Shown here: positions 63,016 through 64,000 of the stretch, piece after piece | Numbering within the stretch: the stretch's first letter is position 1 | How the letters are laid out: each line of letters opens with the position of its first letter | Assembly: GCA_043228905.1 (NCBI GenBank) | Contig: JBHGNT010000018.1 | Location: 9,238,001-9,302,000 of the forward strand | DNA length: 64,000 nucleotides | Source of the DNA: Azolla caroliniana | Taxonomy: Eukaryota; Plantae; Polypodiophyta | Direction of reading: 5' to 3' | Position numbers and translations under genes: made by a program | Notes under the pieces: generated by a model | What the model saw: the letters and a program-made list of their open reading frames with translations, nothing else | The model's database searches: none | Told to the model about the DNA's origin: nothing

Positions 63016-63944
63016 ATGACTGCCGGAATAGAAGAAAACCACCTTGTCAAAAGCACTGTTGTCGACGAGAAATTCAACAAGGCTATGAACTCGGATACAT
63101 GTTGCATCACCATGGAGAAAGGCATTGTAGTGGATGACATGAGATGGCAATGCGAGTGCCGAAAGACCAACGCCCTAGATTTCAGTTACTTGGAAAGCAC
63201 TGATGATATGAAATGCCGGTGTGAGGAGGCAATTGGCATGTCGGAAGTCTGTTACATGGGAAGCTCCAGTGCAGATGGCAACTTCCCGCATGGGGCAGGC
63301 AGTGGATTTCCTCTTCTGAATTACAAGGGAATTCCAGTTGATTCATGTTCAGAAAATGGGCAAGTTGCTGGTATGAGTGAGTTCAAGCCGATGATACGGT
63401 CAGGTGTATGCTCTGACCAAGGCATTAGGCAAGCAATGGAAGATGAGCATGTGTGCATCGATGATTTGTCCAGCCGCTTGTGTGGCTCAGCCGTTTTGGG
63501 TCAGGGACCGAAGTCTTGTTATGGTGTAAGTATAGTCATATATTACTTTATTTTAAAAAGACTTGTTTCCCTAGTAGCTAACCAGAATTTTCCATTTCAA
63601 ACTTAATACACATTTTCCTCGTAATCACCAAAACAAGGTCCTTAGATTTGTTTTCAACAGTGATGAGCACCACACACATTGCTATGATGATTTATGGCAG
63701 GATCTTTGTCTTGATATTTTATTGTAAACCAGGTTTTTGATGGGCATGGAGGAAGAGACGCAGCTGAGTTTGCTAGAGACAAATTACTTGACTTCATTGT
63801 GCGAGATATATCTTTCCCATCTGAAGTGGAGACAGCACTTCACCATGCATATTTGAAGACTGATAAAGCGTTTGCTGAAGCATGTATTTCTGATGACACC
63901 CTCTCGTCGGGTACAACAGCTATAATGGCTTTAGTCCTTGGAAG
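63016..63944 (+). CDS. PP2C: Protein phosphatase 2C (PPM family, clade G-like), 5' part only
   Basis: Exons 63016-63525 and 63733-63944; motifs IRSG..SDQGIRQAMEDEH, YG|VFDGHGG, SSGTTA. Probable 5' UTR intron 61811-62946. Gene continues past the window. Confidence 0.92.
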
Positions 63945-64000
63945 GTTTGAAATCTATATCCATTATGAATGCAGACTATGTTTTGGAATTAGTTCGGCGA

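Overview
Eukaryotic, intron-rich plant genomic DNA; the retroelement content and gene structure suggest a non-seed plant such as a fern (inference). Positions 1-20.4 kb and 40.3-51.5 kb are stacks of nested, mostly decayed LTR retrotransposons: two Ty3/Gypsy remnants, two Tcn1-like chromoviruses, several Ty1/Copia elements and solo LTRs, many with readable TSD, PBS and PPT. Three host genes were reconstructed by hand. They are a 4-exon Tudor/CCCH/G-patch (ZGPAT-like) gene on + (22412-26028), a 14-exon CtpA-family S41 peptidase on - (28268-39179), and the 5' part of a PP2C gene on + (63016 to the window end). The most notable signals are: (i) two different chromovirus LTRs that both start with an antisense tRNA-like A-box/B-box cassette at identical spacing and show self-priming complementarity, one with an R-U5 inversion at that complementarity; (ii) a tRNA-Trp-primed Gypsy with a -1 frameshift signal and pseudoknot after the protease rather than after gag; (iii) a Copia family whose Pol reads through a relic PPT into a conserved C-terminal extension. 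All calls are by eye; no database searches were run.
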